This document shows, one piece after another, positions 26,915 to 28,259 of a DNA stretch of 28,259 bases. Position numbers and translations under genes: made by a program. Origin of the DNA: a virus (taxonomy: Duplodnaviria; Caudoviricetes); IMG/VR virus record IMGVR_UViG_3300020431_000027, positions 1-28,259 of that record. The stretch is one strand, 5' to 3'. The notes under the pieces were generated by a model. That model worked only from the letters and a program-made list of their open reading frames with translations, was not told where the DNA came from and made no database searches. How positions within the stretch are numbered: position 1 is the stretch's first letter; each line of letters opens with the position of its first letter.

Positions 26915-27451
26915 ATGGCAGAAGTCTTTACAAACGCACTAAAAAAGTCAGCTGGTATTGTAACAACCAGTAGTGCTGCAACCATTGGCGCTAATGCAAC
27001 TACTATTACTGGCATTTCTACTATTGGTGTCAATGTTGGCGATATAGTAGATAATCAACATTTTAGAGGTAGTTGTAAGGTTACTTCTATCAACAGTCCT
27101 ACACAAGTGACAGTTGATAGCACATCTACTAACACAGCAAATGCTGCAGTACAGACTGTAAGATTCTTAGGACCTACTACTGCATATTCCTCACCATCAG
27201 GCACTAAGTCCATTTTAATTGGTGGAACTTTTTCTAATCTTACTAATAGTAGTGTTAATATTATTATAGAGGTAAGTTCAGGATCTACAGCAACAAGTAT
27301 TGCTAATGGAATTCCTGTACCATATGGAAGTTCGTTTGTTATTAGTGATGCAGGAAAGACAATTCTTCTTCCTAATGATGTAATTAAAATTTATTGTGAT
27401 ACTGAAAATGCTATTGATGCAACACTAGGTATTCTTCAAGGAGTTAACTAA
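26915..27451 (+). CDS. Hypothetical virion structural protein
   Basis: 178-aa Thr/Ser-rich beta protein with an AAGGA Shine-Dalgarno, lying between fibre genes. Confidence 0.75.
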   Translation: MAEVFTNALKKSAGIVTTSSAATIGANATTITGISTIGVNVGDIVDNQHFRGSCKVTSINSPTQVTVDSTSTNTANAAVQTVRFLGPTTAYSSPSGTKSILIGGTFSNLTNSSVNIIIEVSSGSTATSIANGIPVPYGSSFVISDAGKTILLPNDVIKIYCDTENAIDATLGILQGVN

Positions 27452-28259
27452 TGGCAGATAGAAGCGGTTATATAGGAAGAGCACCAAGTGACTCATCAAT
27501 CACTATAGCAAGACAGACTTTTAGACCTACTGGCATTCAGACGTCATTTGTCTTTACTTCAGCGTATACACCAAATCACTTGGATGTATATATTAATGGA
27601 AGTAGATTGATTGATATTAGTGATTATAGTGCAACTGATGGAAAAACTATCAGTTTAATTGTACCTGCTACTTCTGGCGATATTATTGAATGTGTAGCAT
27701 ATAAGGCATTTAACGTAGCATCTAATAACATATATAATGCTCCTTTTGATTTTACAGTAGGTCAAAATCTTACAGTAGGTGGTTATATATCTGCTGGTGG
27801 TTCTATTACAGGCGCTGAATTTTATGGAGATGGTTCTAATCTTGAAGGTGTAGCAAGTGCAGGACTAGGTACTGCTCTATCTGATATTGCACCACTTGAT
27901 GTAATTTATTACACAAATAATATATTAAGTATTGGAGCAACCATAACAATTGATCCTCCTGCAACTACAAATGTAGCATATACACAATATGCAGACATTG
28001 CTATTGAACAAGATTGTGATCTGATTATTGAAGATGGTGATGACTTCATTCCTGATATTTTAGGATTATCAACAGCAGGTGCAACACCACTTTCAGGAGC
28101 TGGTGGTAGAGTAAGAGCAGATAATTTTACTAATAAGGCAGGAAATGGGGCACCTAATTTTCCTTCTGGACTAACAGGCACCACAGGAACATTTAGTGGT
28201 GCTATATCTGGTACTACAGGAACATTTAGTGGCAATGTTTCTGTTGGTGGTACATTAAC
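27451..28259 (+). CDS. Partial tail fibre-like protein running off the right edge
   Basis: TAATG overlap opens MADRSGYIGRAPSDSSITIARQTF...LDVYINGSRL..DYSATDG, with FYGDGSNLEGV and GTTGTFSG repeats. No stop was seen before the edge. Confidence 0.85.
   Translation, partial: MADRSGYIGRAPSDSSITIARQTFRPTGIQTSFVFTSAYTPNHLDVYINGSRLIDISDYSATDGKTISLIVPATSGDIIECVAYKAFNVASNNIYNAPFDFTVGQNLTVGGYISAGGSITGAEFYGDGSNLEGVASAGLGTALSDIAPLDVIYYTNNILSIGATITIDPPATTNVAYTQYADIAIEQDCDLIIEDGDDFIPDILGLSTAGATPLSGAGGRVRADNFTNKAGNGAPNFPSGLTGTTGTFSGAISGTTGTFSGNVSVGGTL

Noticed and set aside
28170-28235. Repeat ACAGGAACATTTAGTGG x2
   Set aside because: It is an ordinary in-frame fibre repeat (GTTGTFSG), not a CRISPR array or a DGR template/variable pair. 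No reverse transcriptase or cas genes are in the window.

Overview
AT-rich, densely coding segment of a T4-like myophage, most consistent with a marine cyanophage (Kyanoviridae-type). It covers the virion morphogenesis region. On the minus strand are a partial Pro-rich gene, a gp2-like DNA end protector and the gp4 head-completion nuclease. The plus strand carries a tube-fold baseplate protein, gp26, a short gp51-like ORF missed by the ORF track, two paralogous long proteins ending in M23 peptidase-like and lytic transglycosylase domains, a probable hub protein, gp5, spike-associated genes, a 2OG-Fe(II) oxygenase, a cassette of small ORFs with sigma70-type promoters, and several large structural/fibre genes. 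T4-type late promoters (NATAAATA) precede many genes. Two signals stand out. (1) A T-TTT-TTC slippery heptamer with a downstream structure at the gp26/gp51 junction would fuse the two ORFs by -1 frameshifting, as in lambda G/GT. (2) A promoter-terminator unit of about 50 nt with no ORF begins with GGUGUGAAGGAAGU, near-complementary to the conserved motif of the cyanobacterial sRNA Yfr1. All family assignments come from motif recognition by eye, without database searches.
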